This document shows positions 53,282-63,398 of a stretch of DNA of 64,000 nucleotides, one piece after another. Both the position numbers and the translations under genes were made by a program. The notes under the pieces were generated by a model, which worked only from the letters and a program-made list of their open reading frames with translations, searched no databases and was not told the origin of the DNA. Each line of letters begins with the position of its first letter. The first letter of the stretch is position 1. The stretch is from a virus (taxonomy: Duplodnaviria > Caudoviricetes): positions 32,001 to 96,000 of IMG/VR virus record IMGVR_UViG_2974778117_000001. One strand, 5' to 3'.

Positions 53282-53833
53282 ATGGCAGCCACAAGCGCAT
53301 CAGTTTCATCGTTCCTAGCGAATTTCCGTGGTGGCGGCGCACGTCCGAACCGCTACGAAGTCATCCTGACCTTCCCTGCTGGCATTCCGCTGGGTCTGGT
53401 GGCATCACAGAAGATCGCATTCACCTGCTCCGCAGCAGCCATCCCGTCCTCAAACATGGGTGTGGTCAACGCTCCCTTCATGGGACGTGAAGTCAAGCTG
53501 CCGGGCGACAAGACCTTCGACGACTGGACAGTCCAGATCATGCTCGACAACGACTGGCTGGGTCGTCGTGTGTTCGAGCGTTGGCACGATATGATGCTGG
53601 GCTTTGAGTCGAACACCGCTGCTCCGGGTATGCTGAATCCGGTCAACGCGTTCGCCAAGGCAATCATCAATCAGCTGGACCGTGCCGACAACGTGGTCGC
53701 AACCTACGAGATCGAGGGTATGTTCCCATCGCAGGTTGGTGAGATCACACTCGGCTATGACCAGAACGATCAGGTCATGCTGCAGCCGGTGACCTTCGCG
53801 GTCAACAACTGGCGTTCACGAGACATCGCTTAA
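53282..53833 (+). CDS. gp19: tail tube protein
   Basis: GGGARPNRYEV, F.GR.VKLPGD.TFDDWTV, FPS.VG.I.L.YD; TAAATA at 53213. Confidence 0.95.
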   Translation: MAATSASVSSFLANFRGGGARPNRYEVILTFPAGIPLGLVASQKIAFTCSAAAIPSSNMGVVNAPFMGREVKLPGDKTFDDWTVQIMLDNDWLGRRVFERWHDMMLGFESNTAAPGMLNPVNAFAKAIINQLDRADNVVATYEIEGMFPSQVGEITLGYDQNDQVMLQPVTFAVNNWRSRDIA

Positions 53834-53901
53834 GCGAACTGGGCCCTGGGAAACCGGGGCCCATCCGTGAGGTAAATATCAATGACATAGAGGGATGATT
53901 C

Positions 53902-55495
53902 ATGCGAATTCCAATTCTAGGACTTGAAATCAAGCCTATCGGCAAAGAGCCGGAGGTTGATTCGTTCAACATCGACAAGGAGATGACCTCCGAGGCTGTG
54001 ATTGTTGACCACTATGGTCAAGGTGACACAGCAATTGACGGTGGCTTCAACGTTGTCCCGTACCAGCTAGCAGAAGTTCCGGCTGAGAAGCAAGAGCTGA
54101 TTCGCAACTACCGCGAACTAGCCGCCTCGCCAGAAGTGGATGAAGCTCTGACCGAGATCCGGAATGAGGTCTTCATCTTCGACGTGCCAGACAAGAAGGC
54201 GATTGAGCTGGACTTCACCGAGGAGTCTGAGCTTCCGCAGTCCATCAAGAACAAGATCCTCGACGCATATGAACACGTCTACGGCAAAGTCCTGAGCTTT
54301 GACCATCGTGGCATCCAGTACTTCGATGACTGGTATGTGGACGGCTGCATCTACCTCGAGAAGCGAGTGATCAAGGGTAAGGAGAAGCAGGGCGTTCATA
54401 GCGTCTCCGAGATTGACCCGACCCGCATTCGCAAGGTCCGTTTGCTGCCCAAGCCCGATCCGATCACCGGCGAGTTTGACGTCAACGCGATCCAAGAGTT
54501 CTACCTGTACAGCAACTTCGACCCGAAGATGTTCCCGATGAACCAGACCATTCAGGTCAACTATGGTTCACCGCTGGTCGGTCGTCGCATCCACAAGGAC
54601 GCGATCACCTACGTCCACTCCGGGCTGTTCGACCGCAACCTAGGTCAGTACGTCAGCTTCCTGAAGAAGGCGATCATCCCCTTCAACAACCTGAAGATGA
54701 TGGAAGACGCCATGGTGATCTTCCGAGTGGTTCGCGCACCTCAGCGTCGTGCGTTCTACGTGGACGTATCGGGTATGCAGAAGAACAAGGCTGACGCTTA
54801 CATGAAGGGGCTGTCAGCCCAGTTCAAGAACAAGATGGTCTACGACTCGACCAAGGGCACATTGTCCAACCGTCGAGCGATCCAGACCATGCTGGAAGAC
54901 TACTGGCTTCCACGCCGTGACGGCGGAAAGGGTACTGAGGTCCAGACCATTGACGGTCAGAACGCTCAGGACATCATGGATGAGATCGAGTATCTGCGCG
55001 ACAAGCTGTGGCGTGCCCTTGGCATTCCGCGTTCGCGCTTCGGCGATCAGCATCCACTTTCGTGTTCGGCAAGGGAATCGAGATTCAGCGAGATGAATAT
55101 CGGTTCACCAAGTTCCTGCACTTGCTGCGCTCCCGTTTCATCCTGGTCATTGAGGACCTGCTGAGGACCCATCTGATCCTCACCGGCGTCATCAAGCAGG
55201 CGGAATGGAGTGACATCCGCGAGTCTCTCGACTGGCAGTACACGGAAGATAACGCTTTCGTGGAGTTCAAAGAGTCTGAGATCATAATAACAGACTGGAT
55301 TCTCTTGCGAGAATTCAACCCTACGTCGGGACATACTACTCCATCGACACCGTAATGCGCAAGGTCCTCAGAATGACTGATGAGGAAATCAAGCTTGAGC
55401 AGGAGAAGATGAAGAAAGAACGTCCGGAAATTTTGAAACGTAAGAAAGAAGAGGCGGAGATCAATGGTGGCGACTTCAACAACAACTTCGGTTGA
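53902..55495 (+). CDS. gp20: portal protein (frameshifts near 55050 and 55285)
   Basis: LI..YR.LA..PEVD.A..EI.NE, WYVDG, L.MMEDA.VI.R..RAP.RR.FYVDV, LEDYWLPRRDGGKGTEV.T, I.RDE..F. Confidence 0.95.
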
Positions 55496-55541
55496 CTCCC
55501 GCCTGCGCGGTCACTCCTTGCTGCGGGCTCTGACTGAGTCC

Positions 55542-56273
55542 ATGTCAAAGCATCTCGACAATCGCTTGCAGGACGGCTCGGTCATCGAGCTGCTTCCTGA
55601 GAACCTGATGGAACACGCTCCCCATGACGCGCTGATCGCTGATTGGGAAGCGATGGGTCAGCGTGAGAAGGATGCTGTGATCAGGCTCAAGGAGCTGGGA
55701 CGTCAGCTAGGCGGCGATCAGGGCGAGTACAGCGAAGGTTTCCTGTGCATCACCTTCAAGAACAAGCAAGCCGCTCAGGACTACATGGACGCTCTTGATA
55801 GCGATCCGGACGCCTGGGCATATGAAGCTGAGGCATACTACGAGGACCTGGTCCACGGCTACATGAATGACGAGGCTGTTCCGATTGAGAACATCGTCTT
55901 CGACAAGCTGTGGGAGATTGAGGTCTGCGTGGAGCTTGACCCCAGCATCGTGATGTATCCGCCAGTTGACGTGGAAGTCGATGAAGACTTCGAGTATGAC
56001 GACGCAACCGGAAGCATCATGGAAGTCCGCAGACGCATCAAGGTCAACTTCCGCGGTAAGCGCAAGATCAAGATGCAGTGCCGTCCGGGCTTCAAGTGGG
56101 ACGCTACCAAGCGTACCTGTATCAAGATCACAGGTGCAGAGAAGGCAGTTCAGCGTAAGGCGAACCGTCAGGCTCAGCGTACCAAGAAGGCCAAGGGTGG
56201 CGCATTCAAGGTTCGCGTGCAGCGCAAGACCAAGAAGGCAATGCGCTTCCGCAAGGCTCAGGGGCTGAAGTGA
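55542..56273 (+). CDS. prohead core protein (acidic N-domain plus gp68-like basic C-domain)
   Basis: C-terminal K/R-rich segment ending KKAMRFRKAQGL; lies between portal and protease. Confidence 0.7.
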   Translation: MSKHLDNRLQDGSVIELLPENLMEHAPHDALIADWEAMGQREKDAVIRLKELGRQLGGDQGEYSEGFLCITFKNKQAAQDYMDALDSDPDAWAYEAEAYYEDLVHGYMNDEAVPIENIVFDKLWEIEVCVELDPSIVMYPPVDVEVDEDFEYDDATGSIMEVRRRIKVNFRGKRKIKMQCRPGFKWDATKRTCIKITGAEKAVQRKANRQAQRTKKAKGGAFKVRVQRKTKKAMRFRKAQGLK

Positions 56274-56946
56274 TGGAGTGCTTGCAAGAACGAGTAATGG
56301 ACTTCGAGAATCTCTTCGAGAAGACGGAGTCCGGTAAGAAGCAGTACAAGCTGAAGGGTATCTGCGTTCAGACCAACATCAAGAACCGCAATGGTCGCGT
56401 GTACCCCGCTCGTGTGGTGAACCCGGAAATCCAGCGCTTCATCAAAGAAGAGCTGGAAATGAACCGCGCCGTGGGTGAGTTGAATCACCCAGAAGGCGAT
56501 CCGCGGAACAACTACAAGAACGTGTCTCACAAGTTCACCAGTCTGGTTCAAGACGGTGACAACTGGATCGGCGAAGCAGTCGTCACGGTCGGTACGCCGA
56601 ACGGTGACCTCGTCGCTGGTCTGATGGACGCGGGCGCAACATGGGCATTTCCACCCGAGCCGTCGGCAAGACCAAGCTCTTTGAAGGCGTGAAGGTTGTT
56701 CAGAACAACTTCCGTCTGATTTCCCCCGGTGATATTGTCTCTGACCCATCCGCCCCAGACGCTTACCTCCAGAATCTGATGGAGAATAAGGAATGGGCTT
56801 GGGAGCACGGCGTGCTTGTCGAGCGCGAAGTCGAAGTGCGAACAGAGGTAAATAGATTGGCGAGGACAGGTGGGCTCAAGGATCAGAAGGCATTGACCGA
56901 ACTGTTCCAACACCTCATCAAACTTCGGAACACAGACAGGAGCTAA
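56270..56946 (+). CDS. gp21: prohead protease (frameshift near 56650)
   Basis: KNRNGRVYP, RAVGELNHP, VSH, TPNG, GISTRAVG, DIVSDPSAPDAY. Confidence 0.93.
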
Positions 56947-56947
56947 T

Positions 56948-57733
56948 ATGAACATCAACGAGAACCTGAAGGCCCTGGGCGAAAAGCTTGGGCTGGATGA
57001 AGAAGCAGTCACTGCGCTGGCTGAGGCATTCGACGCAGCTTGCTCCGAAGCCGAAGCGAAGGCTGGAGAGACCCACGCTGCCGAAATCGCTGCCCTAAAC
57101 GAGGCTCATGAAGCCGAGATCAAGGAGCTGAAGGCTGAAGCGAACGCATACGGCGAGCGCATCTACGAGAACACCCTGGAAGAGACCAAGCAGATCACCC
57201 AGGCTGCCGTGGATGAGTTCATCGCAGAAAACAAGGAGCAGTTTGTCACCACCGAAAAGTACGCCCGCTTGCAGGAGTCTTTCGAGGGTCTCAAGACGGC
57301 TCTGGAGGAAGTCGGTTTCACTCTCAATGAAAACCGTCAGGTAGAGGAGCTTCAGGGTCAGTTGGCGGAAGCCAATCGTGCCTATGAGGATACTCTAAGC
57401 GAGTTGAATGAATCTCGCAAGACTATCGAGGGTCTGGAACGTGCTGCTCTGTTTGAGTCGCATACCAAGGACCTGTCCGATCTGCAGCGTGAGAAGCTGA
57501 AGACTCTGATGGAAAACGTGAATGCGGATTCCAGCGAAGACTACGTCAACAGCATCGAGCTTCTGTCCGAGCAGGTAAAGCTGCAGGAAGAGAAGAAGGA
57601 CGACGATGATGAAGACAAGGAAAAGAAGTCCGATGAGGGCAAGAAGGACGACAACGACGACGAGGAGAAGGACAAGAAGAGTTCTCCACTCAACGAAAGC
57701 GTGGTTGCATTCTTGCAGCGTACTCGGCGCTAA
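56948..57733 (+). CDS. gp22: prohead scaffolding protein
   Basis: acidic coiled coil, LS..QREKL..L.E; between gp21 and gp23. Confidence 0.85.
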   Translation: MNINENLKALGEKLGLDEEAVTALAEAFDAACSEAEAKAGETHAAEIAALNEAHEAEIKELKAEANAYGERIYENTLEETKQITQAAVDEFIAENKEQFVTTEKYARLQESFEGLKTALEEVGFTLNENRQVEELQGQLAEANRAYEDTLSELNESRKTIEGLERAALFESHTKDLSDLQREKLKTLMENVNADSSEDYVNSIELLSEQVKLQEEKKDDDDEDKEKKSDEGKKDDNDDEEKDKKSSPLNESVVAFLQRTRR

Positions 57734-57787
57734 GATTGAAATCTGTAAATAGAATCGAAAATCCTCTTTAGAGAGTTAGGAGCAAAA

Positions 57788-59026
57788 ATGAGCGACAACA
57801 CCGAACAGAAGTCCCACAGCGAGTTGCTGCTGGAGAAGTGGGACGGCGTACTTCACGCGAAGGGCGAGCAGGAAATTGTCTCGACCCACCGCCAGAAGGT
57901 CACCGCACAGCTGCTGGAGAATACCCAGGAATACCTGGCTGAATCGAGCAACGTGACGTCGGGCGTGCAGAATTGGGACCCGGTCCTGATCGCAATGGTC
58001 CGCCGCATGGCACCGAAGCTGATTGCGTATGACTTCCTGGGCGTTCAGCCGATGTCGGCTCCGACCGGTCTGATCTTCAGCCTGAAGGCACGCGCTGCAC
58101 AGACTCCGCCGAATGGCAACCCGCAGGGTGGTCCGGAAATCCTGGGTCTGGATGAAGCGAACACCGCTTACTCCGGTCGCGGTACCCACGCTGGCGATGA
58201 CCCGTTTGACGCGGCATTTGAAACCGGCTTCACCAAGACCACAGCCGCAGGCGAAGTGGATCTGTGGAACTCGGTCGGCGTGACCATTGACAAGGTCAGC
58301 ATCACTGCTGGTACTCGTCAGCTGCGCGCAGACTACTCGATCGAACTGGCTCAGGACATGAAGCGTGTCCACGGTCTGGACGCTGACGCTGAACTGGTCA
58401 ACATCCTGTCGAGCGAAATCATCGCGGAAATGAACCGCGAAGCAGTGCGTACTTGCTACTCCGCTGCGAAGCTGGGTGCTCAGTTCGCAACCACTGCTGG
58501 CACGTTCGACCTGAACGCCGACGCAGATGGTCGTTGGAGCGTCGAGCGCTTCAAGGGTCTGATGTTCGCCATCGAGCGCGATGCAAACCGCATTGCAATC
58601 GAATCTCGTCGCGGTAAGGGTAACTTCCTGATCGTGTCGAGCGACGTGGCTTCGGCTCTGGCGATGGCAGGCATCCTGGACTACGCTCCGGCACTGAACA
58701 GCCAGGTGAACCTGGAAGTGGACGCAACCGGCGCGACCTACGCTGGTAACGCAGGTCGCTACCGCGTGTACATCGACCCATACCTGGGCGTGGACGCGTA
58801 CCTGGTCGGCTACAAGGGTAGCTCGGCATATGACGCAGGTTTGTACTTCGCGCCATACGTTCCGCTGGAACTGTTCCGCGCTACGGACCCGACCAACTTC
58901 CACCCGGCTCTGGGCTTCAAGACTCGCTACGCGATGGCAGAGAACCCGTTCGTCGGCAACAGCACCAACATCAAGGCGAACAACAACTTCTACTACCGCA
59001 AGGCGAAGGTCACCAACCTTCTGTAA
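57788..59026 (+). CDS. gp23: major capsid protein
   Basis: LLEKW, DPVLI.MVRR..P.LIAYD..GVQPM..PTGLIF, ELAQD.K.VHGLDA..EL, PYVPL, GFKTRY. Confidence 0.98.
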   Translation: MSDNTEQKSHSELLLEKWDGVLHAKGEQEIVSTHRQKVTAQLLENTQEYLAESSNVTSGVQNWDPVLIAMVRRMAPKLIAYDFLGVQPMSAPTGLIFSLKARAAQTPPNGNPQGGPEILGLDEANTAYSGRGTHAGDDPFDAAFETGFTKTTAAGEVDLWNSVGVTIDKVSITAGTRQLRADYSIELAQDMKRVHGLDADAELVNILSSEIIAEMNREAVRTCYSAAKLGAQFATTAGTFDLNADADGRWSVERFKGLMFAIERDANRIAIESRRGKGNFLIVSSDVASALAMAGILDYAPALNSQVNLEVDATGATYAGNAGRYRVYIDPYLGVDAYLVGYKGSSAYDAGLYFAPYVPLELFRATDPTNFHPALGFKTRYAMAENPFVGNSTNIKANNNFYYRKAKVTNLL

Positions 59027-59046
59027 TAGAAGCGCCTCAAGAGATC

Positions 59047-59073
59047 AACCCCGCTTCGGCGGGGTTTTTCTTT
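59047..59073 (+). terminator. intrinsic terminator after gp23
   Basis: AACCCCGC-TTCG-GCGGGGTT followed by T-tract. Confidence 0.9.
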
Positions 59074-59108
59074 GCCTGAAATTTCTTCAAATCATTTGCT
59101 CAGACCCC

Positions 59109-59137
59109 TTGTATTGGTTCAAAGAGTATCATACAAT
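59109..59137 (+). promoter_or_regulatory. early promoter
   Basis: TTGTAT-17-TACAAT; shares TCAAAGAGTATCATACAATAGA with the 60586 promoter. Confidence 0.8.
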
Positions 59138-59163
59138 AGAACCAAGTTAAGGAGACGACAACG

Positions 59164-59871
59164 ATGACCACGCTTCAGGATGTTCTGCCCAGCGAGTTCC
59201 GCGGTTACAGCGATACGGAAGCATACAAGTACAAGGATGTCAAGGTAGTCGAGAGATTCGACGGCACGGTGACTCCTTGGCCCGGTCACGAGAAGCACGT
59301 CTTCTGGTGGTTCCTGCTGGAGAACGGCAAGCGAGTCGGCTGGAACGAAAACCCCTCGCGCGGTTGGACCTTCCCGGTTCTGGGTAAGGCCCGCAAGCCG
59401 AAGAAGACCCGTCGGGTGTATCGCCTGAACTTCATCGGTCATCGTTGCAATGGCCCTTACCACAGACCAGAAGGGTCGCTCAGCGACGACGTTCTGGACG
59501 CGATCTATGACGCCCGGAATGACCTGATCGAGCACGCTACTCCGTATTCTCAGCAGAGCAAGGCTAGCTGGGAACGCGGTGAAGATAGCGAGATCTACAA
59601 GTCGATCAGCGCGGCGAATGCGAAGTTCCTGAACGAGAACGGTCATGAAGGTAACAAGGGCTACTTCGGGTGGTCGAAGCCGGGCCTGATGATCGGCTAC
59701 TTCCGGAACATGGAAACCTGGAACTTCGCCTTCAAGGCATTTGAAGTGACCATCCTGGAAGTGTCGGAAGATGAATCGTTCATCTACCCGGACGGACAGA
59801 TCGTGTTTGATATGGCCAAGGCGGCGGTGGTCAAGACCATCCGGACCGTTGAAGAACTGGAGGCGATGTGA
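59164..59871 (+). CDS. hypothetical early protein
   Basis: SD AAGGAG; C-terminal domain paralogous to the next gene. Confidence 0.8.
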   Translation: MTTLQDVLPSEFRGYSDTEAYKYKDVKVVERFDGTVTPWPGHEKHVFWWFLLENGKRVGWNENPSRGWTFPVLGKARKPKKTRRVYRLNFIGHRCNGPYHRPEGSLSDDVLDAIYDARNDLIEHATPYSQQSKASWERGEDSEIYKSISAANAKFLNENGHEGNKGYFGWSKPGLMIGYFRNMETWNFAFKAFEVTILEVSEDESFIYPDGQIVFDMAKAAVVKTIRTVEELEAM

Positions 59872-60256
59872 TGATCGTGTATCGACTGGAACAGCGCCTC
59901 ACCGGCGAAGGTCCGTTCACCGGTCGCAGTTACGGAGGGTGTCATGTTGAACAGCATAACCCGCCGTGTTCTTACGACCTGATCGGTGACGAATTCAGGC
60001 GAATGAACAGCCTGCTAATGCAGGGCGCATTCTTCGGGTGGACCACAATCGAGAAGATGGACTGGTTCATCCGCCGCGGATGGCGAGCCCTGCATCAGCT
60101 CGACTATGTCGTCACTGAGATCGAGGTGGACGAGAAGAACACATTCGTCTTTGAAGACGGTCAGGTGATCTTCATCAATTTATCCGCAAGCAGTCGTGGT
60201 CGGTGCGTGAGTTCTGCAAGATGCACGATGAAATCAAATTTGGGAGCGATGTATGA
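59868..60256 (+). CDS. hypothetical early protein (frameshift near 60178)
   Basis: VYRLE...G.GPF, FFGW, DGQVIF; repaired stop overlaps the next ATG. Confidence 0.7.
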
Positions 60257-60579
60257 GAATGTGGATGGTTGACCCGAAGCTGCTTTGTACCAAGCACCTG
60301 CTCGGTGAACACGTCGAGACACATATGTTCGTCGGTACGATCAGGGCGAAGAAGAGTCTCGGCGGTTACATCAAGAACGGTCTCGTGAACACCGACCAGA
60401 TCCGCGAACGCCACGATCAGCTGGCTGAGGAGATGGTCCGTCGTGGCATGAACCATAACAGCCCTCTAGCAGAATACGACGAGCCGAAGGCTGTGCGCTC
60501 GGTGGACGTCGGCGTGTCGTTGGAAGAGCTCTGGAACCGCTGCCCGAACTGCGCGAAAAGAATTGCAGATTTCTTGTAA
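60253..60579 (+). CDS. denV: pyrimidine-dimer DNA glycosylase / endonuclease V family
   Basis: MRMW.VDP..L...HLLGEH.E.H and RH..L..EM.RRG.NH.SPL. Confidence 0.8.
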   Translation: MRMWMVDPKLLCTKHLLGEHVETHMFVGTIRAKKSLGGYIKNGLVNTDQIRERHDQLAEEMVRRGMNHNSPLAEYDEPKAVRSVDVGVSLEELWNRCPNCAKRIADFL

Positions 60580-60614
60580 AAGTACTTGCATTCCGTCAAA
60601 GAGTATCATACAAT
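60579..60614 (+). promoter_or_regulatory. early promoter (AAAGTAC class)
   Basis: AAAGTAC-TTGCAT-17-TACAAT. Confidence 0.85.
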
Positions 60615-60655
60615 AGATACAAGATAAGGGGAATAGGTCCCCAAGGAGAACGGAA

Positions 60656-61326
60656 ATGATCCTGACCAAGTTCAACAAGATCCTCGAGAAAGACACGCCC
60701 GCCTGGAACTGGTGAAGGGTGAAGGCTACTTCTACTGGGTCGGCGTGGGCACGGAGTACTTGGATGACGCATCGGTTCCGGTCTGTCACTTCTACCACCT
60801 CAGCGCCGAGCAGTGGATGAGCGAGTACAAGAAGCTCATGGAAAAGCTGGTCGAGATCCGTGCGGAGCACAACCTGTGAAGCTGATCGCTATCCCCGCAT
60901 ACCAGGCCTGGTCGATCTACGCAGAGACCGGAGGAGCCGAACAGATCTGGTCACGCTCGCCGGTCAATCCCAGCTCCTATGATCTGGTGCTGAAGATGGA
61001 ATGGCTGAAGTTTGACGGCGGTGGATACCAGGTGACCCTGCACGAGATCGATAGGATCATCGGTCAAACCGATCCGCTCTACATTGATGAACAACTCTTT
61101 GACGAATTCCTGAACACGGAGAACTGAGATGGACGAACAGATGTTGCGTGAAGCTCTGGAAGCTTACCTGAAGGGGTGCCGCCTGCGCGTCAACTTCCAC
61201 GAATCGCACGTATACTACGACGATTCCTACCTGGAAGTCGCCCTGGAAAGCCCGGAAGGTGAAGTCCTCGTAGAAGGTAAGGAGACCCTGCCGCAGTGGG
61301 AGCGCTCACGTCGCAGCGATTGGTAA
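60656..61326 (+). CDS. three small hypothetical early genes (60656-60879 frameshifted, 60876-61127, 61129-61326)
   Basis: abutting ORFs downstream of a promoter and SD. Confidence 0.6.
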
Positions 61327-61397
61327 GTGTTTCATAAAACCCTAGATCCAGAACCGATCCTCCATTAGAATCTAAGGACTCAAATGGAGGATTTTTC

Positions 61398-62000
61398 ATG
61401 TATCCGGTAATCGGTTTCAGTGGGAAGATTGGATCGGGCAAGGACTCGGCAGCGACGTTCTTGATGCAGGCAATCGAAAAGCATGACCTGCCCGAGTATA
61501 TGCGCTATGCGTTTGCTCGACCGCTCAAGGAAGCATCGTCATTCATGTTCGGATGGACGATGGATCAGATTGAAGACCGAGCCTTCAAGGAAGCGGTAGA
61601 CCCGAATTGGGGATTCACCCCGCGCCGCGCAATGCAGCTGCTGGGTACGGAGTTCGGTCGCGCACTAAAGCCGACACTCTGGCTGGACTTCGCAAGCAAG
61701 GCACTCAAGCGTTCCCGGGAAGATGGCTGGGCAGGTCTGATCGTGACGGACGTGCGCTTTGAGAATGAGGCTCAGTGGATTCGCGATCAAGGCGGTCTTC
61801 TGATTCACGTCACCCGTGAAGAAGACACCAAGCCAAAGTCGTGGTTCCGTCGTCTGCTGGACAAGCTGATCAAGCCGAAGGTTCACTCGTCCGAGATCAT
61901 GCCGGCGTTCGTGGAAGGCGACTTCAAGATCTACAACACCAAGAGCCTGGAAGCCCTGAAAGATAAGATGGAGTGGGTCGCCCAAACCGTCCTGAAGTGA
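61398..62000 (+). CDS. gp1: deoxynucleoside monophosphate kinase
   Basis: IGFSGKIGSGKD P-loop, FA.PLK, TPR..MQ..GTE.GR, TDVRF.NE, H.SE. Confidence 0.93.
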   Translation: MYPVIGFSGKIGSGKDSAATFLMQAIEKHDLPEYMRYAFARPLKEASSFMFGWTMDQIEDRAFKEAVDPNWGFTPRRAMQLLGTEFGRALKPTLWLDFASKALKRSREDGWAGLIVTDVRFENEAQWIRDQGGLLIHVTREEDTKPKSWFRRLLDKLIKPKVHSSEIMPAFVEGDFKIYNTKSLEALKDKMEWVAQTVLK

Positions 62001-62030
62001 TAAATACTGGTTTCCACACGGAGATCGGTC

Positions 62031-62504
62031 ATGAGGAACATCACCAAGGTGGTTGTGCATTGCAGCGCGACTCCTCCGGATATGAACATCGGAGCAGACA
62101 CCATCAAGCGATGGCACGTAGACCCGCCACCGAAGGGAAATGGCTGGGCTGATATCGGCTATCACTGGGTCATCAAGCGTGATGGAACCCTGGAGAAGGG
62201 TCGTCCGGAAGAGAAGCAAGGTGCTCACACCTCAGCGAACGGTGGCAATGTGGATTCCATTGGAGTCTGCATGGTTGGCGGTGTTCGTCGGGAAGGCAAC
62301 AAGCTCGTCACCGAGAACAACTTCACTCCGGAACAGTGGTGGACGCTGAAGCAGGTCCTACAGGATCTGACCCGGCGCTATCCGAAGATCGTCTCTATCA
62401 AGGGTCACCGCGACTACGATAAGGGCAAGGACTGTCCGAGCTTCAATGTGACCGAATGGCTGAAGCTGGAAGGTTGCATTGACGGGAGATTCTGGAATGG
62501 CTGA
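62031..62504 (+). CDS. N-acetylmuramoyl-L-alanine amidase (T7-lysozyme-like endolysin)
   Basis: VVHCSAT, GW.DIGYH.VI.RDG..E.GR, GAH, SIGVC.VGG, GHRD...K.CPSF; late TAAATA at 62001. Confidence 0.93.
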   Translation: MRNITKVVVHCSATPPDMNIGADTIKRWHVDPPPKGNGWADIGYHWVIKRDGTLEKGRPEEKQGAHTSANGGNVDSIGVCMVGGVRREGNKLVTENNFTPEQWWTLKQVLQDLTRRYPKIVSIKGHRDYDKGKDCPSFNVTEWLKLEGCIDGRFWNG

Positions 62505-62976
62505 GAAACCCCGCGCCATCAATATGAACGCGGCTCTGAACACTTCTCTGTACCTGGAAATCCCAGGTATGGAGGAGATCAACTACTTTGTTCAGAACGC
62601 GGAGATTCCCGGTATGCAGATGGTCGGCGTTGATTCGCCGTATCAGAAGCACGGTACCAACGTTCCATCAAACCGAATCGAGTATGATCCGTTCAACTGT
62701 GTCATGATCGTTGACGAGGACATGCGAAACTTCGAGATGATGAAAGAGTGGTTTGAGAGAGTCAGAGACACCGAACCGGTCATTGACGAGCTGAAGACCT
62801 TCACCTTGCACATGACCACGTCACGGAAGACAGCGAACGTCCAGATTGTGTTCCACGGCGCCTATCCGACACTGGTTGGCGCGATGACGGTCAACTCCGA
62901 CGCATCGGAAACCAATCCGGTTGTATGCTCACTGTCGTTCCGCTATCAATACTACGAGATCAAGAGGAACAAATGA
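62497..62976 (+). CDS. gp3: tail completion / tube terminator protein
   Basis: YF.Q...IPG, IEYDP.....IVDED..N......W, F.GAYPT, F.Y.YY. Confidence 0.85.
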   Translation: MAEKPRAINMNAALNTSLYLEIPGMEEINYFVQNAEIPGMQMVGVDSPYQKHGTNVPSNRIEYDPFNCVMIVDEDMRNFEMMKEWFERVRDTEPVIDELKTFTLHMTTSRKTANVQIVFHGAYPTLVGAMTVNSDASETNPVVCSLSFRYQYYEIKRNK

Positions 62977-63398
62977 AGCTAGAAGAACTCCAGGCAGAAA
63001 TGGAGGTTGATTCCAAGATCGACCCGAACGCACTTGATATGGCATCCCTGGAGATTCCGAAGATCCACGCCAAGTGGTATCGGTATTTCATGGACGAGCT
63101 TCGCACGATGAAGCTCCTTGACACTGAGTACAAGGTTCTGCTGAAGGAGCGGACCATGTACTACATGGGTTCCGCAAGTGACGATAAATACAAGGAAGAG
63201 CCGCTGAACATCAAGGTCATCAAAGTTGACCTGCCGCTCTACCTTGAGTCTGATACGCATCTGTCCAAGAACAGGTTGCGGTTTGAAATGCAGAAGGCCA
63301 AGGTTGACATGATTGAACAATTCATCAAACAACTGAACAACCGCTCCTTCCAGATCAACAACGCGATCAAGTGGAGGGAATTCCAGGCAGGTAAGTAA
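62973..63398 (+). CDS. uvsY: recombination mediator
   Basis: D.KID...LD..SL.IP..HAKW, YYMG, R.FQI.NAI.WR.F.AG. Confidence 0.93.
   Translation: MKLEELQAEMEVDSKIDPNALDMASLEIPKIHAKWYRYFMDELRTMKLLDTEYKVLLKERTMYYMGSASDDKYKEEPLNIKVIKVDLPLYLESDTHLSKNRLRFEMQKAKVDMIEQFIKQLNNRSFQINNAIKWREFQAGK

Noticed and set aside
57776-58903. Long antisense ORFs over structural genes (e.g. 57776-58903, 6181-7086, 45790-46584)
   Set aside because: Shadow ORFs expected from biased codon usage on the coding strand.
990-60720. About 18 frameshifts (near 995, 3652, 4240, 7092, 11437, 12680, 21020, 30132, 34297, 38672, 43445, 47015, 52880, 55050, 55285, 56650, 60178, 60700) read as programmed frameshifting or pseudogenes
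   Set aside because: They hit essential genes (portal, protease, gp8, gp14, sheath), are repaired by adding one base, mostly in short homopolymers, and show no common slippery site. Sequencing or assembly deletion errors are far more likely.
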